From Sulfuricurvum sp. (GTDB lineage Bacteria; Campylobacterota; Campylobacteria; Campylobacterales; Sulfurimonadaceae), in the NCBI GenBank assembly GCA_036821965.1, contig DAISIO010000001.1, positions 195,489 through 259,488 of the forward strand: a stretch of DNA of 64,000 bases, given 5' to 3'. The notes beneath the pieces were generated by a model, which saw only the letters and a program-made list of their open reading frames with translations, did no database searches and had not been told where the DNA came from. A program made the position numbers and the translations under genes. Of this stretch, positions 10,057 to 20,547 are shown piece after piece. Within the stretch, counting starts at the first letter, position 1. Each line of letters begins with the position of its first letter.

Positions 10057-10874
10057 AAGAACTTCATGCGTTTATTACGACATCCTTAACGGAGGTTGTT
10101 GAGTTCCCCCGCCGTGAGGCAGAACTCCTTCTTATGGCGTATTTAGAGCAAAATCAACTCTATTTTATTACCCATCAAGAGGATGTTGTTGATGAGAATG
10201 AGCCGAAACTATTGGAATGGATAGAGAAGCGAAGTCGTAACGTCCCCCTCGAATATCTTACTAACCGTGTCAGCTTTTATTCACGTGAATTTTACGTCGA
10301 CGAAGGGGCTCTTATTCCCCGCCCTGAGACCGAACATCTGATCGATGAGGTTCTTTCTCGCATTTCAATAGATGATACGATTACGGTTGTGGAAGTAGGG
10401 GTAGGGAGCGGGATTATCTCTATTCTTCTTGCCCTACATCTCCCCTATGCCCGTTTTATCGCCGTGGATATTTCACCGCGTGCTCTTAGCGTGGCACGCC
10501 GCAATATCGGTCTGTTTGGCTTAAGTGAGCGTATCGAATTACGCGAGGGGGATTTACTCTCTGGGATAACAGAAAAAATCGATTTGCTCGTCTCCAATCC
10601 CCCTTACATCGCAGAAGATGTATCTTTGGAGAGCAACCTTTCATATGAGCCTCAAAATGCCCTTTTTGGCGGAAATGTAGGGGATGAAATTATATGCAGA
10701 TTGCTGGATGAAGTTTATCAAAGAAAGATTCCGATGTTTGTCTGCGAAATGGGATACGATCAACGCGCTCCGGTACAAGAATATCTTAAAAATTCTAAGG
10801 TACAATCGTTGGAATTTTATAAAGATTTAGCCTCGTTTGATCGAGGGTTTATTTTAAAGGCAAGCCATGAATAA
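10041..10874 (+). CDS. prmC: Release-factor glutamine N5-methyltransferase
   Basis: SAM motif 'VVEVGVGSGIIS' and catalytic 'NPPY'. Confidence 0.85.
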   Translation: MSSTLKELHAFITTSLTEVVEFPRREAELLLMAYLEQNQLYFITHQEDVVDENEPKLLEWIEKRSRNVPLEYLTNRVSFYSREFYVDEGALIPRPETEHLIDEVLSRISIDDTITVVEVGVGSGIISILLALHLPYARFIAVDISPRALSVARRNIGLFGLSERIELREGDLLSGITEKIDLLVSNPPYIAEDVSLESNLSYEPQNALFGGNVGDEIICRLLDEVYQRKIPMFVCEMGYDQRAPVQEYLKNSKVQSLEFYKDLASFDRGFILKASHE

Positions 10875-11352
10875 GAGAAAATTTGCTATTGATATTGCGT
10901 ATCTTCTGAGTATCGGAATGACGATTGGGGCGGTGTTTATTTTGGGAGCTTTTACTGCTGCGGTGGTCTTTAACTCAGAATTCTATTTGAGTATTCCCCT
11001 TCTGTCACGCTATGAAGAGGGGAAAATTATGGGGGAAATCTTCCGCCGTTTCAGTTACTGGGCTTACTTTATGGCTGCGGTAATCGCGATTTATGAAGTC
11101 TCTCGCTACAAAGTGATGCAAATCGATAAAGTCTCGATCCTCAGCGCGATTGCCTCGATCGGTACGCTCCTTCTTTTTAGCGCTGTTTATACCCCTAAAA
11201 TTTTGGAATATCAATCGCGCGGTGAAATGGCTATGGATGAATCGTTTGAAGCCCTTCACAGAGGCAGCGAACTCGATTTTAAAATCCTCCTTGTTGTTTT
11301 ATCGATTCTCTTTGTCCGTCGTGCATATTTAATGATGGCAGTGAAGAGATGA
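10867..11352 (+). CDS. Integral membrane protein (DUF4149-like)
   Basis: 161 aa with four predicted TM helices. Overlaps both neighbours. Confidence 0.5.
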   Translation: MNKRKFAIDIAYLLSIGMTIGAVFILGAFTAAVVFNSEFYLSIPLLSRYEEGKIMGEIFRRFSYWAYFMAAVIAIYEVSRYKVMQIDKVSILSAIASIGTLLLFSAVYTPKILEYQSRGEMAMDESFEALHRGSELDFKILLVVLSILFVRRAYLMMAVKR

Positions 11353-12101
11353 TCCGTTTTGAGGAAGTCACCAAAAGTTTCGGCAAGCGTCAAATCCTTC
11401 GCGGTGTCAATTTGGAAATAGAGAAGGGGAAAACGACCGTTATTTTCGGCGTCTCCGGCGGAGGTAAATCAACAATCATCAAACATATGGTAGGATTGCT
11501 CAGGCCTGATAGCGGTGTTATTACCATAGAGGGGACACGTGTTGATAACGCAGATGAATCCACCTTGCGAGAAATCCGTAAAAAAGTGGGATTCCTTTTT
11601 CAAAGCGGTGCTCTATTTGACAGTATGAATATACGTGATAATGTCGCATTTCCTATGATAGAGCACCAGCATCTGACCCGCGGAGAACTTGACTACAAAG
11701 TGGATGAGAAACTTACGATGGTGGGATTAGAACCCAAAATTGTCAAATCGCTCTATCCCGAAGAGCTAAGCGGCGGTATGCGTAAACGGGTAGGGCTTGC
11801 CCGAACCCTTGCCCTCGAACCGGAAGTTATTTTGTACGATGAGCCAACCTCGGGACTTGACCCTGTCACCAGCGATTTTATTACGCAGATGATCTGTCGC
11901 TTGCGTGATGAGATCGGAATGACATCGGTGCTGATTAGCCATGATATCTCTGAAAGTTTCAAAGCAGGGGACAATTACGCGATGCTTTTTGATGGTGTTA
12001 TTGTCGAGGCAGGAGATAAAGAGTCGTTTAAAAACTCACAAAACGCAGTGGTTCAGCAGTTTATAAATGCCCGCTCAGAAGGGCCGATAGCCTTTCATTA
12101 G
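11349..12101 (+). CDS. ABC transporter ATP-binding protein (MlaF-like)
   Basis: Walker A 'GVSGGGKST', signature 'LSGGMRKRV', Walker B 'ILYDEPTSGLD'. Confidence 0.8.
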   Translation: MIRFEEVTKSFGKRQILRGVNLEIEKGKTTVIFGVSGGGKSTIIKHMVGLLRPDSGVITIEGTRVDNADESTLREIRKKVGFLFQSGALFDSMNIRDNVAFPMIEHQHLTRGELDYKVDEKLTMVGLEPKIVKSLYPEELSGGMRKRVGLARTLALEPEVILYDEPTSGLDPVTSDFITQMICRLRDEIGMTSVLISHDISESFKAGDNYAMLFDGVIVEAGDKESFKNSQNAVVQQFINARSEGPIAFH

Positions 12102-12204
12102 ATGCTAACGCCAACGGAATAAAATCCCGTTCTGGCTACGTTAACACTGAGTTTTGCTCAGCGCAAGGCTCACGTGAAGTAAACCGCATTTTTTAGAGCC
12201 AATT

Positions 12205-12495
12205 TTATCTCCCCCCAAACTTCTTCGTCCACCACTCTTGTGGTGTGAGTGTTTTCGTTTGTAAAAACTCTTCGCTAAAATTGTATTCATAGGTAGAACA
12301 GTATTCGAGGAGCGTGGCATAAGCTTCATTGATTTGCGTGCTCATTTCATGAGCGGTTGATTGATCGGTTGGGTGTTTGTCGGGGTGCCATTGCTGCATC
12401 ATACTTTTATAGCGGGTTTTGATTTCTGCTAGGGTTGCTTTATCGCTCAGGCCAAGGAGCGTTTTGGCCTTGATGAGCTTGTCAAAAGAGAGCAT
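12205..12495 (-). CDS. Small J-domain protein
   Basis: 96 aa. 'ATLAEIKTRYKSMMQQWHPDKH' carries the HPD tripeptide. No Zn-finger or C-terminal DnaJ domains. Confidence 0.75.
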   Translation of the reverse strand: MLSFDKLIKAKTLLGLSDKATLAEIKTRYKSMMQQWHPDKHPTDQSTAHEMSTQINEAYATLLEYCSTYEYNFSEEFLQTKTLTPQEWWTKKFGGR

Positions 12496-12507
12496 GGAGG
12501 GGAAAGA

Positions 12508-13632
12508 TTAGTCTTTTTGTTGACGCATAAACGTCGGAACATCCAGAAAATCTTCACTGTAATCGCCGTTGGAAACCATAGCGGCGCGGACAACGACGTG
12601 TGGCTTGATGGTCATTTCTTTGTTTTCAAATTCACTGTTATTAATCCCTTGAGAGACTTTTTTTTCAAATCCGGTTGCCACAAGGGTGATACGGATAAAG
12701 TCAAGAGGAAAATCTTCATGGGTAGTTGTTCCGAAAATAACTTCAGCGCTTTCATCGACACTTTTGTGAACCACTTCCATAGCGGAGCTTAGTTCCATTA
12801 ATGGAAAATCAGGATGCGTATTAAAATGAACGAGTACACCCAATGCACCCGTGATAGACATATTGTCTAAAAGGGGAGATTCGATGGCATTTTTGATCGC
12901 TTCGTAGGCTGCATTTTCACCCTTGTACTCGCCCACCCCCATGAGAGCCAGTCCACGATGACTCATAACGGTTTGCAAATCAGCGAAGTCAAGGTTGATA
13001 TCATTTTCACCACTGGCAAGAATCATCCCTGAGGTACCGCTAACGGCGCGAGCAAGAACGCTGTCAACGATTTTGAAACTCTCTTTGAGCCCCATTTTTG
13101 GATCAATGATAGAGAGAAGTTTGTCGTTCGGGATAACAACAATCGAATCTGCTTCATTTTTAAGCTCTTCAAGCCCTTGTTCGGCAAGTTGTAAACGCTT
13201 GCGTCCCTCAAAACCAAAAGGTTTGGTCACAACAGCAATCGTGAGGGCACCCATTTCTCGAGCAATTTTAGCAATGATCGGTGCAGCGCCTGTCCCTGTT
13301 CCGCCGCCAAGACCGGCAGCTACGAAAACAATATCGGCACCGTCTAGTGCGCGCGCCAAATCTTCAAAATTTTCTAATGCAGACTCTTTACCTACTTCAG
13401 GTTTCATCCCCGCACCCAATCCTTTGGTGAGTTTGACACCAATTTGGATTTTCGTAGAAGCATGACATCTTTCGAGCGCCTGCGCATCTGTGTTAGCAAT
13501 AATCAGCTCAATGCCAGGGATCTGCTCTTTAAGCATGTGTCCGATCATATTGCCGCCGCCGCCGCCGACACCGACCGCTACGATCCGTGCTCCTGTTAAT
13601 GTTGTCGATTCTTTTATTGAAAATGGTTCCAT
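12508..13632 (-). CDS. ftsZ: Cell division GTPase FtsZ
   Basis: 'VGVGGGGGNMI' and tubulin signature 'GGGTGTGAAP'. Confidence 0.97.
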   Translation of the reverse strand: MEPFSIKESTTLTGARIVAVGVGGGGGNMIGHMLKEQIPGIELIIANTDAQALERCHASTKIQIGVKLTKGLGAGMKPEVGKESALENFEDLARALDGADIVFVAAGLGGGTGTGAAPIIAKIAREMGALTIAVVTKPFGFEGRKRLQLAEQGLEELKNEADSIVVIPNDKLLSIIDPKMGLKESFKIVDSVLARAVSGTSGMILASGENDINLDFADLQTVMSHRGLALMGVGEYKGENAAYEAIKNAIESPLLDNMSITGALGVLVHFNTHPDFPLMELSSAMEVVHKSVDESAEVIFGTTTHEDFPLDFIRITLVATGFEKKVSQGINNSEFENKEMTIKPHVVVRAAMVSNGDYSEDFLDVPTFMRQQKD

Positions 13633-13650
13633 GCTTGCTCCTTGGTTTGA

Positions 13651-15087
13651 TTAAAATAGTTGAGTTGCCCAATTCCAAAACTTGGCAATTGGATTTGGTT
13701 CATCGTCTTTGTTGTTTGCCTTGCTGCCAAGATTAAGCATTTTTGATAGCTCTGTTCTTGGTTTTGACTCTGTTTTTGGGGCACTCTTTTGCGTAGTGCT
13801 CTGGGTGCTTTTATGTGCCATTGATGGTGATGAATGTGCTGGCATAGGATAAGGGATGCTCTCCTCTTCGACGCTAGGCATTTCGTGATACAGTATTTCT
13901 TCTCCTGCATGACGCATACGCTTATTGACATCGATTTCGTAACGCGTGTATCCACCGGCAGAATATTTGATAAGCCCTACCGCACCTGAGTACGATGGAT
14001 CACGCAAGGTATCAAATAATCCGCCCATATCGGAAGGTTTGGCGAGGCGTACGGGCATATTGTCGAGGATGGCAACGGCTAACTCACGAAGCCCTTCGAT
14101 TTTGGTGAATCCTCCGGTTAGGACAACGCCTGCCCCTAAGTGGTCTTTGAGCCCGCTTTTTTCGATCGATTGAGCGATAATCATTAGGGTCTCTTCCACG
14201 CGGGCATAGATAACGTTATGAACGACTTCCAAAGAGACTTCATGCGTTGCATTTTCATCCCCAATAACAGGAAGTTCGATTAAATCATTGCTGGGTGTAT
14301 AGAGCGAACCATAGTTCATTTTTACATTGTCGGCCGTTTGTAGCGGTGTGTGCAATGCCATAGAAAGATCATTGGTGATGTGATTGGAACCGACACCTAA
14401 AAAATCGTTATATCGGATAGCATGACCCGAGTGGATAACGATGTTACTCGTATTTCCTCCCATATCGACAACGGCAGCACCGAGCTCTTTTTCATCGTCA
14501 TTCAGTACGGCAATGGCAGAAGCATAACCGCTAAGAACGACACTTTCGACATCAACACCTGCAGCTTTTACCGCTTTGCGTAAATTATTGAGATTGCTCT
14601 TAACGGTAGTAATGATATGGGTTTCTACCTCTAACCGTGAGGCATTCATCCCCAGCGGATCTTCGATAAAATCTTGATCGTCTACTTTAAAGTTATACGG
14701 AAGGGCGTGCAACACTTCAAATTCGTTAGGGATGTTAGCGTTATACAGCGAGGTGTGCATGACGCGATTAATCTCTTTTAGTGTAATCTCTTTATCTGGA
14801 ATGTTGACAATACCGCTGGAATTAAGACTTTTAGTGTATGCGCCAGAAATTGTTACAATAGCGCTTTTTAGATCGGTACCTGCTACTCGCTTGGCATCAT
14901 TAAGAGCATTTTTAATCGATTTAGAGGCGAGTTCGATATTGGTGATGCTCCCTTTTCGAAGCCCTTGTGCTTTGGAAATACCGGCTCCGATTATCTGAGC
15001 ACTATTGTCGTCATCAATCTCGGCAATAATGGCGCAGACTTTCGTCGAACCGATATCAATGGCTAAAACCGTTCGTTTCAAAATCAA
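13651..15087 (-). CDS. ftsA: Cell division protein FtsA
   Basis: Actin-fold motifs ('LAIDIGSTKVCAI', 'VVDMGGNTSN'), a low-complexity linker and a C-terminal amphipathic 'IAKFWNWATQLF'. Confidence 0.9.
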   Translation of the reverse strand: MILKRTVLAIDIGSTKVCAIIAEIDDDNSAQIIGAGISKAQGLRKGSITNIELASKSIKNALNDAKRVAGTDLKSAIVTISGAYTKSLNSSGIVNIPDKEITLKEINRVMHTSLYNANIPNEFEVLHALPYNFKVDDQDFIEDPLGMNASRLEVETHIITTVKSNLNNLRKAVKAAGVDVESVVLSGYASAIAVLNDDEKELGAAVVDMGGNTSNIVIHSGHAIRYNDFLGVGSNHITNDLSMALHTPLQTADNVKMNYGSLYTPSNDLIELPVIGDENATHEVSLEVVHNVIYARVEETLMIIAQSIEKSGLKDHLGAGVVLTGGFTKIEGLRELAVAILDNMPVRLAKPSDMGGLFDTLRDPSYSGAVGLIKYSAGGYTRYEIDVNKRMRHAGEEILYHEMPSVEEESIPYPMPAHSSPSMAHKSTQSTTQKSAPKTESKPRTELSKMLNLGSKANNKDDEPNPIAKFWNWATQLF

Positions 15088-16436
15088 ATCCCCTCTGCAT
15101 AGATTTCAATTGGATACTTACTCTCAAGCATTTTCATTAACTTTTGATTAAGTACACTCTCTTTTAGCTTTATAACGGTGTTGTCATCAGCTATTGCTGT
15201 ATCTTCTAGCAATCTTTGTTCCAAAACGTTATAAAGTATAACATTTCCAGATTTTAATGTTAAAAACCCTTGTTTTTGTTTGGAACCAAACAGTTTGTCA
15301 ACAAATTCAGACGATTCAGCCGCTGACAATCCCGCAAGAGGGGTGTTTTCTTTGCGTGTAATGAAGTCACTCACGGTACCATGAAATGTTTTAGTGCTGT
15401 TTTGTGCTAACGTTTGTAGTTTCTCTTTTTTCATCTGGGAAATATAACCAATGTTAGCTTCTTCTCGTGCTTCATCGTATGTTTTAACACTGGAAGGATT
15501 TCTTTTTTCAAGCTTAATGATAATGTATTCATTTCCCACTTTTCGTGGTTTCAAGAAAGGTTTATTTTCACTCAACTTCGAAATCTCTTTGAGGAGTTCG
15601 CTAGAGAAAACAGTAGAATCATCAGATACAGTAATTTTTTCAACAGCTACCGATGAAGGAAGAGCCCCTTTTTTAAAATCGATATAGCGTCGCAGGGCTT
15701 CTTTTTCGGCATCCGTATCATTAAGATCTGTGGCTGTTTGAGAATGTACCAGTGAAAGTTTGTAGCTTGCTGATTTTTTAAACTGATCTTTATTTTTTTC
15801 CCAATACGCTTTGAGGCCAGCTTCATTGGGAATAATCGTGACAGAATCAGGGGTTAGCAGTTTATACTCAATTTTATCTGCTACACCCATCGCATACGCT
15901 ACGGTGGATTTCTCCAGCGTGCTAACCGTTGGAGCAAGGAGATAGAGCGTTTTTTGTATCAACAATTCGCGGCGCATAGATTTTTCGTATTCTTTGAGGG
16001 TAAGACGATTTTGTTTTAATACCTCTGTATAGGTTTCTTTGCTAAAAGTTCCGTTTTTTGTAAATACACTTTGTGATTTAATAAGCTTCAAAAGCTCTTC
16101 GTCGCTTACTTGTATCCCGTAGCTTGCCGCTAAATTTAAAATGAGTGCTTGATCAACGAGACTTTTGAGAGCTTGGCGCTGTAAGCCGAATTGTTTGGCT
16201 TGTTTTTCGTCTAGTTTTCCTTGTAGGATCTGATTGTACTGATTAAAAAGATTACCGTAAGATTTTTGAAACTCTTCAGAAGTAATGGTCACATCACCGA
16301 CTTTGGCAACGGCTCCTGCTTTGTCGCTGTAATCGTATTGACCCCATCCTACAAATCCTGCTCCGATAAAAGCGATGGTGGATATCCAGATTGTTATGAC
16401 AAGGTATTTTCGGTGGCGTTGCATCCATGTAATCAT
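15084..16436 (-). CDS. PpiD/SurA-like periplasmic chaperone (peptidyl-prolyl isomerase family)
   Basis: N-terminal TM 'YLVITIWISTIAFIGAGFVGW' followed by a SurA_N-like region. Overlaps ftsA. Confidence 0.7.
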   Translation of the reverse strand: MITWMQRHRKYLVITIWISTIAFIGAGFVGWGQYDYSDKAGAVAKVGDVTITSEEFQKSYGNLFNQYNQILQGKLDEKQAKQFGLQRQALKSLVDQALILNLAASYGIQVSDEELLKLIKSQSVFTKNGTFSKETYTEVLKQNRLTLKEYEKSMRRELLIQKTLYLLAPTVSTLEKSTVAYAMGVADKIEYKLLTPDSVTIIPNEAGLKAYWEKNKDQFKKSASYKLSLVHSQTATDLNDTDAEKEALRRYIDFKKGALPSSVAVEKITVSDDSTVFSSELLKEISKLSENKPFLKPRKVGNEYIIIKLEKRNPSSVKTYDEAREEANIGYISQMKKEKLQTLAQNSTKTFHGTVSDFITRKENTPLAGLSAAESSEFVDKLFGSKQKQGFLTLKSGNVILYNVLEQRLLEDTAIADDNTVIKLKESVLNQKLMKMLESKYPIEIYAEGI

Positions 16437-16577
16437 TATTTTGTGAACCTTTAATATTTAATTATGGTGTAAAATTAGGATATTTTAGTGCTTTTACCAT
16501 TAAACTTCTATGAAAATAGATTTTAATAACACAATGTTATAGCATTTCTGAAAAAATTGTTCACTATTGGAGAAAAA

Positions 16578-17879
16578 ATGACCAATCAAGCATTATCGAA
16601 TCGCGATATGAGCGCAGTGTGGCATCCGTGTACACAAATGAAAGATCACGAGACTTTCCCTATTATTCCTATTGCACGAGGGTCTGGAGTTTATTTGGAG
16701 GACTTTGACGGCAATCGTATACTTGATGCGATTAGCAGCTGGTGGGTCAATTTATTTGGCCATGCACACCCATATATCAACAGCAAAGTAAAAGAGCAGC
16801 TCGATACGCTGGAGCATGTTATCCTCGCAGGATTTACCCATGAGGGGATTGTTCGTCTTTCGGAGCGTTTAGTGGCATTGGCTCCTGAGGGATTGTGTCG
16901 TTGTTTTTACGCTGATAATGGCTCCAGCGCCATTGAAGTAGCATTGAAAATGTCGTATCATGCCCATAAAAATAGGGGAGCTAACAAAGGGTTGTTTGTT
17001 TCTCTGTCCAACAGCTATCACGGTGAAACGCTAGGGGCTCTCTCTATCGGGGACGTGGCACTTTACAAAGAGACATACGAGCCGCTATTGATCCATTCCA
17101 TCCAAACACCGGTTCCAAAAAATCATACTATTGAAGCAGCCAAGGAGGCGGTTGAAGCGTACGAGCTGTTATTGCAAGAGAGATGTGAAGAGATTGCCGC
17201 TCTTATTGTTGAGCCGTTGGTTCAGGGAGCAGGGGGGATGGTAATGTATCACCCCTATTTTTTGACAAAAGCCAAAGAGTTATGCGAGAAATACGGTGTC
17301 CATTTTATCGCCGATGAGATTATGGTGGGATTTGGGAGAACGGGAACGTTGTTTGCGTGTGAGCAAGCTGCCATTACCCCTGATTTTTTGATTCTCTCAA
17401 AAGGGCTAACAGGGGGATATCTCCCTTTGTCGGTGGTGATGACAACGGAGGCCATTTATACTACGTTTTATTGTGATTATGATCCCTATCGCTCTTTTTT
17501 ACATTCGCACAGTTATACGGGAAATGCCCTTGCCTGTGCAGCGGCAAACGCAACATTGGATATTTTTGAGAGTCAAAATGTTATTGAGTCAAACAAGCTG
17601 TTATCTCGGGCTATGGCACACGAACTTTTACGATTTGAACATCGCCCGGACGTAAAAGAGATTCGCCAGTGCGGGATGATCGGCGTCATTGAGCTCACCG
17701 GATTTGATCCAGGCGAGCGGATAGGGGTAAAGCTTCATCGCCATTGTTTAGGATTAGGGGTATTGATCCGTCCATTAGGAAGTGTAATTTATGTCATGCC
17801 TCCCTACATAATAACGGTTAGTGAACTAACAACTGTTTTTAATGCCATTGAGTCAGCTTTAAACGAGCACTGTGTATAA
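16578..17879 (+). CDS. bioA: Adenosylmethionine-8-amino-7-oxononanoate aminotransferase
   Basis: 'VWHPCTQMKDH', 'FIADEIMVGFGRTGTLFA' and 'LSKGLTGGYLPLS' (PLP lysine). The ATG at 16578 follows RBS 'ggag'; the track ORF begins at an upstream TTG. Confidence 0.85.
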   Translation: MTNQALSNRDMSAVWHPCTQMKDHETFPIIPIARGSGVYLEDFDGNRILDAISSWWVNLFGHAHPYINSKVKEQLDTLEHVILAGFTHEGIVRLSERLVALAPEGLCRCFYADNGSSAIEVALKMSYHAHKNRGANKGLFVSLSNSYHGETLGALSIGDVALYKETYEPLLIHSIQTPVPKNHTIEAAKEAVEAYELLLQERCEEIAALIVEPLVQGAGGMVMYHPYFLTKAKELCEKYGVHFIADEIMVGFGRTGTLFACEQAAITPDFLILSKGLTGGYLPLSVVMTTEAIYTTFYCDYDPYRSFLHSHSYTGNALACAAANATLDIFESQNVIESNKLLSRAMAHELLRFEHRPDVKEIRQCGMIGVIELTGFDPGERIGVKLHRHCLGLGVLIRPLGSVIYVMPPYIITVSELTTVFNAIESALNEHCV

Positions 17880-17908
17880 TTAGCGTTGATAAAATAAAAG
17901 GTATCTAG

Positions 17909-18829
17909 TTGAAAGTAATTCCCCATATTCCTGTGCTGTACCGCGAAGTTGTCGAGGCATATTTGACGTGCAGCGGCGGCACTATTATTGACTGTACAAT
18001 GGGTTATGGCGGTCATACATCGTTATTGCTCGATGCGCTTCCTGATCGAACCCTTATCGGTATCGATCAAGACCCTACGGCCATTGCGTTTTCAACCCAG
18101 CGTTTGAGCCCATACGGTGATCGTGTTGAGATACGGCAGGGACGTTTTTCTGTAGTAGCCGAGGCTCTTATGGGCGAAAAATCGGATCAGATTTGCGGAA
18201 TTTTGGCCGATATAGGGGTTTCATCATTGCAGCTTGATCAGCGTGAGCGAGGATTTTCGTATGAGAGCGACAATCTTGATATGCGTATGGACCCAAACGC
18301 GCCGTTGAGTGCCTACGAAGTGGTCAATGAGTACGGGCAACATGCATTGGAGAAGATTTTGCGAGAATACGGTGAAGTGACCAATGCCCGTATCGTCGCT
18401 GAAACCATCGTCAAAAAACGGCCGTTTGTATCGGCAAAAGAGCTCTCGAATGCCATTTTTCATTTGATGCCCAAGGGTAAAAAGATTCATCCCAGTACTC
18501 TGGTGATGCAAGCCATACGTATCGAAGTGAATGATGAGCTAGGGGAGCTGACGCGGTTGCTCGATGCCATAGAAAAGTCGCAGTTAAAGAAATTGCGAGT
18601 AGGAATTATCACTTTTCACTCACTAGAAGATCGGATTGTCAAACAGCGGTTTGTCACATGGGCTAAAAATTGTATCTGTCCCGATGATGCGATGCGATGT
18701 ACCTGCGGAAATAACCACTCCATTGGTAAAGTGATCACCAAAAAACCGCTCACGGCGCAAGAGGACGAGCTTCGCGCCAACTCTCGGAGCCGAAGTGCGA
18801 AATTACGAATTTTTGAGATAAATAGATAG
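17909..18829 (+). CDS. rsmH: 16S rRNA (cytosine1402-N4)-methyltransferase
   Basis: 'HIPVL', 'DCTMGYGGHT', 'DQDP', 'DIGVSSLQLD', 'ITFHSLEDRIVK'. Confidence 0.9.
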   Translation: MKVIPHIPVLYREVVEAYLTCSGGTIIDCTMGYGGHTSLLLDALPDRTLIGIDQDPTAIAFSTQRLSPYGDRVEIRQGRFSVVAEALMGEKSDQICGILADIGVSSLQLDQRERGFSYESDNLDMRMDPNAPLSAYEVVNEYGQHALEKILREYGEVTNARIVAETIVKKRPFVSAKELSNAIFHLMPKGKKIHPSTLVMQAIRIEVNDELGELTRLLDAIEKSQLKKLRVGIITFHSLEDRIVKQRFVTWAKNCICPDDAMRCTCGNNHSIGKVITKKPLTAQEDELRANSRSRSAKLRIFEINR

Positions 18830-18835
18830 GTATTC

Positions 18836-19114
18836 ATGAACGATAAAGATGATATTTTAGACGAGACACAATCGATTATTACCCCTGATGAGTCGATGGG
18901 GCCACGATTTTTATGGAATGTTTTTATTGGGATATCTTTACTCCTTATTATCGTTTTTCCGAAAATATTTATCCAAACGCAAATTTATTTTAAAAGCCGA
19001 GAAATATCAACCCTCAACCGCGAACACGATGCCCTAAAAGAAGAAAATCGTATCCTTCATGCCAAAGTGGAACAAATGGTGTACAAAAATAAAATTTTGG
19101 ATACGTTGTTTTAG
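18836..19114 (+). CDS. Small bitopic membrane protein, FtsL-like by position
   Basis: 92 aa with one TM and a coiled coil 'REHDALKEENRILHAKVEQM'. Lies immediately downstream of rsmH, as ftsL does in dcw clusters. Confidence 0.45.
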   Translation: MNDKDDILDETQSIITPDESMGPRFLWNVFIGISLLLIIVFPKIFIQTQIYFKSREISTLNREHDALKEENRILHAKVEQMVYKNKILDTLF

Positions 19115-19178
19115 GATTGGTTTGAGATTACGGACTCGATCCGCAATGACGCGCATCAAGTTGTGAGTGAGCGTTTTA

Positions 19179-19187
19179 TGATATAAT
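19179..19187 (+). promoter_or_regulatory. Extended -10-like box (TGaTATAAT) upstream of the 19235 ORF
   Basis: 'tgatataat' in a 120-nt intergenic gap. A second 'tgtataat' lies at 19211-19218. Confidence 0.3.
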
Positions 19188-19234
19188 CGCCCTTTTCATA
19201 TTGGTATTTATGTATAATCTATCCGAAGGTATTT

Positions 19235-19657
19235 GTGATTAAAATTTTTCTTCTGATTTGGCTTTTTTTATTTTCACTGCATGGGGAACCTTGGCGAGAG
19301 ACGAAGAGCTTTACCCTTAAAAAAGATGAAATCGCTAAAATCGTGATAAAAACAGCGTCGCCTATGCAAGAGAAAGTTTTTTTTTGGCGCTGGACGCTCT
19401 ATACCGATAAAGCATTGGTCGTTCATGAAAATTTTGATCGATTTGTAGGGCAGCATATTTTGACCCTCGAACACAATCAAGCTTTTCGTAAGCGTCTTTT
19501 AAACGCTTTAAAGAGTGAAAAAGATGTACCCTATGGTATCGTCGTATTTAAAAAATTTGATGATGAGAACAAGACGGCAACGTTTGATTTTTTGCTCATC
19601 GATAAAGAGAAAAGAGTCACTTTGGATTATGTGACAAAAAAAGAAGAAAGACAATAA
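19235..19657 (+). CDS. Hypothetical secreted protein
   Basis: GTG start and signal peptide 'MIKIFLLIWLFLFSLHG'. I recognise no family. Confidence 0.45.
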   Translation: MIKIFLLIWLFLFSLHGEPWRETKSFTLKKDEIAKIVIKTASPMQEKVFFWRWTLYTDKALVVHENFDRFVGQHILTLEHNQAFRKRLLNALKSEKDVPYGIVVFKKFDDENKTATFDFLLIDKEKRVTLDYVTKKEERQ

Positions 19658-20547
19658 TGCTGGAATGTGTAGAAAATATTATAGCTAGATTGGTTGATGA
19701 GGTCGATTTCCCGCAAGCCAAAGAGTTGTTTTCAAAACTCTCAGGGGGGAAGCGTTTGCGTGCACGGCTTATCCTCACCATCGCACCTTCCCATCCGGAT
19801 GCGCCGCTGCTGGGGGCGATCGTCGAACTTATCCATGCCGCAAGCCTGCTCCATGATGATGTGATCGATGAAGCGATGGTCCGTCGAGGAACTCCGTCGG
19901 TCAATGCGACGCACGGCTCTAAAATGGCGATTATGCTGGGAGATATTTTGTACTCCAAAGCGTTTAGCTCTTTGACTTCGTTTGATCCTAAAATCGCACG
20001 CTCCATCGCCGAATCGGTTACCAAACTCTCCGTGGGAGAGATGATGGATGTCGCTATGGCGGAGCATTTCAATACAAACCGTGATGAGTATCTTAAAATG
20101 TTGTATCTAAAAACGGCAACATTGATCGAATCGTGTGCTTATTGTGCGGCGTTGCTCGAAGAGAAAGAGGCGTCTCAATACGCGGTCTACGGTAAAAATC
20201 TCGGACTTGCGTTTCAAATTGTCGATGATATTCTCGACATTACCAGTGATTCGGCAACACTCGGAAAACCTGCATTGAATGATTTTGTTGAGGGAAAAAC
20301 AACCTTGCCCTATATTGATTTATATGAATCATTGGATGCAAAGGAGAAAGAGAGATTGCTAGAATATCACGGACGTCCTTTGGAGGCGAACGAAAAAGAG
20401 TGGCTTTTTGCATCGATGGAAAAATATCGGGTGATTGAACGTTCATACGACTATGCACAGATCCTTTGTGACGAAGCTATTTCGGCTGTTCCTGACGAGA
20501 GTGCGTTGCGCGCCATTATCACCACCGTCATACAAAGAAGTCATTGA
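19657..20547 (+). CDS. Polyprenyl diphosphate synthase (IspB-like)
   Basis: First and second aspartate-rich motifs 'LLHDDVIDE' and 'QIVDDILD'. Confidence 0.85.
   Translation: MLECVENIIARLVDEVDFPQAKELFSKLSGGKRLRARLILTIAPSHPDAPLLGAIVELIHAASLLHDDVIDEAMVRRGTPSVNATHGSKMAIMLGDILYSKAFSSLTSFDPKIARSIAESVTKLSVGEMMDVAMAEHFNTNRDEYLKMLYLKTATLIESCAYCAALLEEKEASQYAVYGKNLGLAFQIVDDILDITSDSATLGKPALNDFVEGKTTLPYIDLYESLDAKEKERLLEYHGRPLEANEKEWLFASMEKYRVIERSYDYAQILCDEAISAVPDESALRAIITTVIQRSH

Noticed and set aside
12102-12204. A candidate bidirectional terminator between the ABC ATPase gene and the J-domain gene ('gccaacggaataaaatcccgttctggc').
   Set aside because: It has only a 5-bp perfect stem with bulges and no clear U-tract, so it is not convincing.
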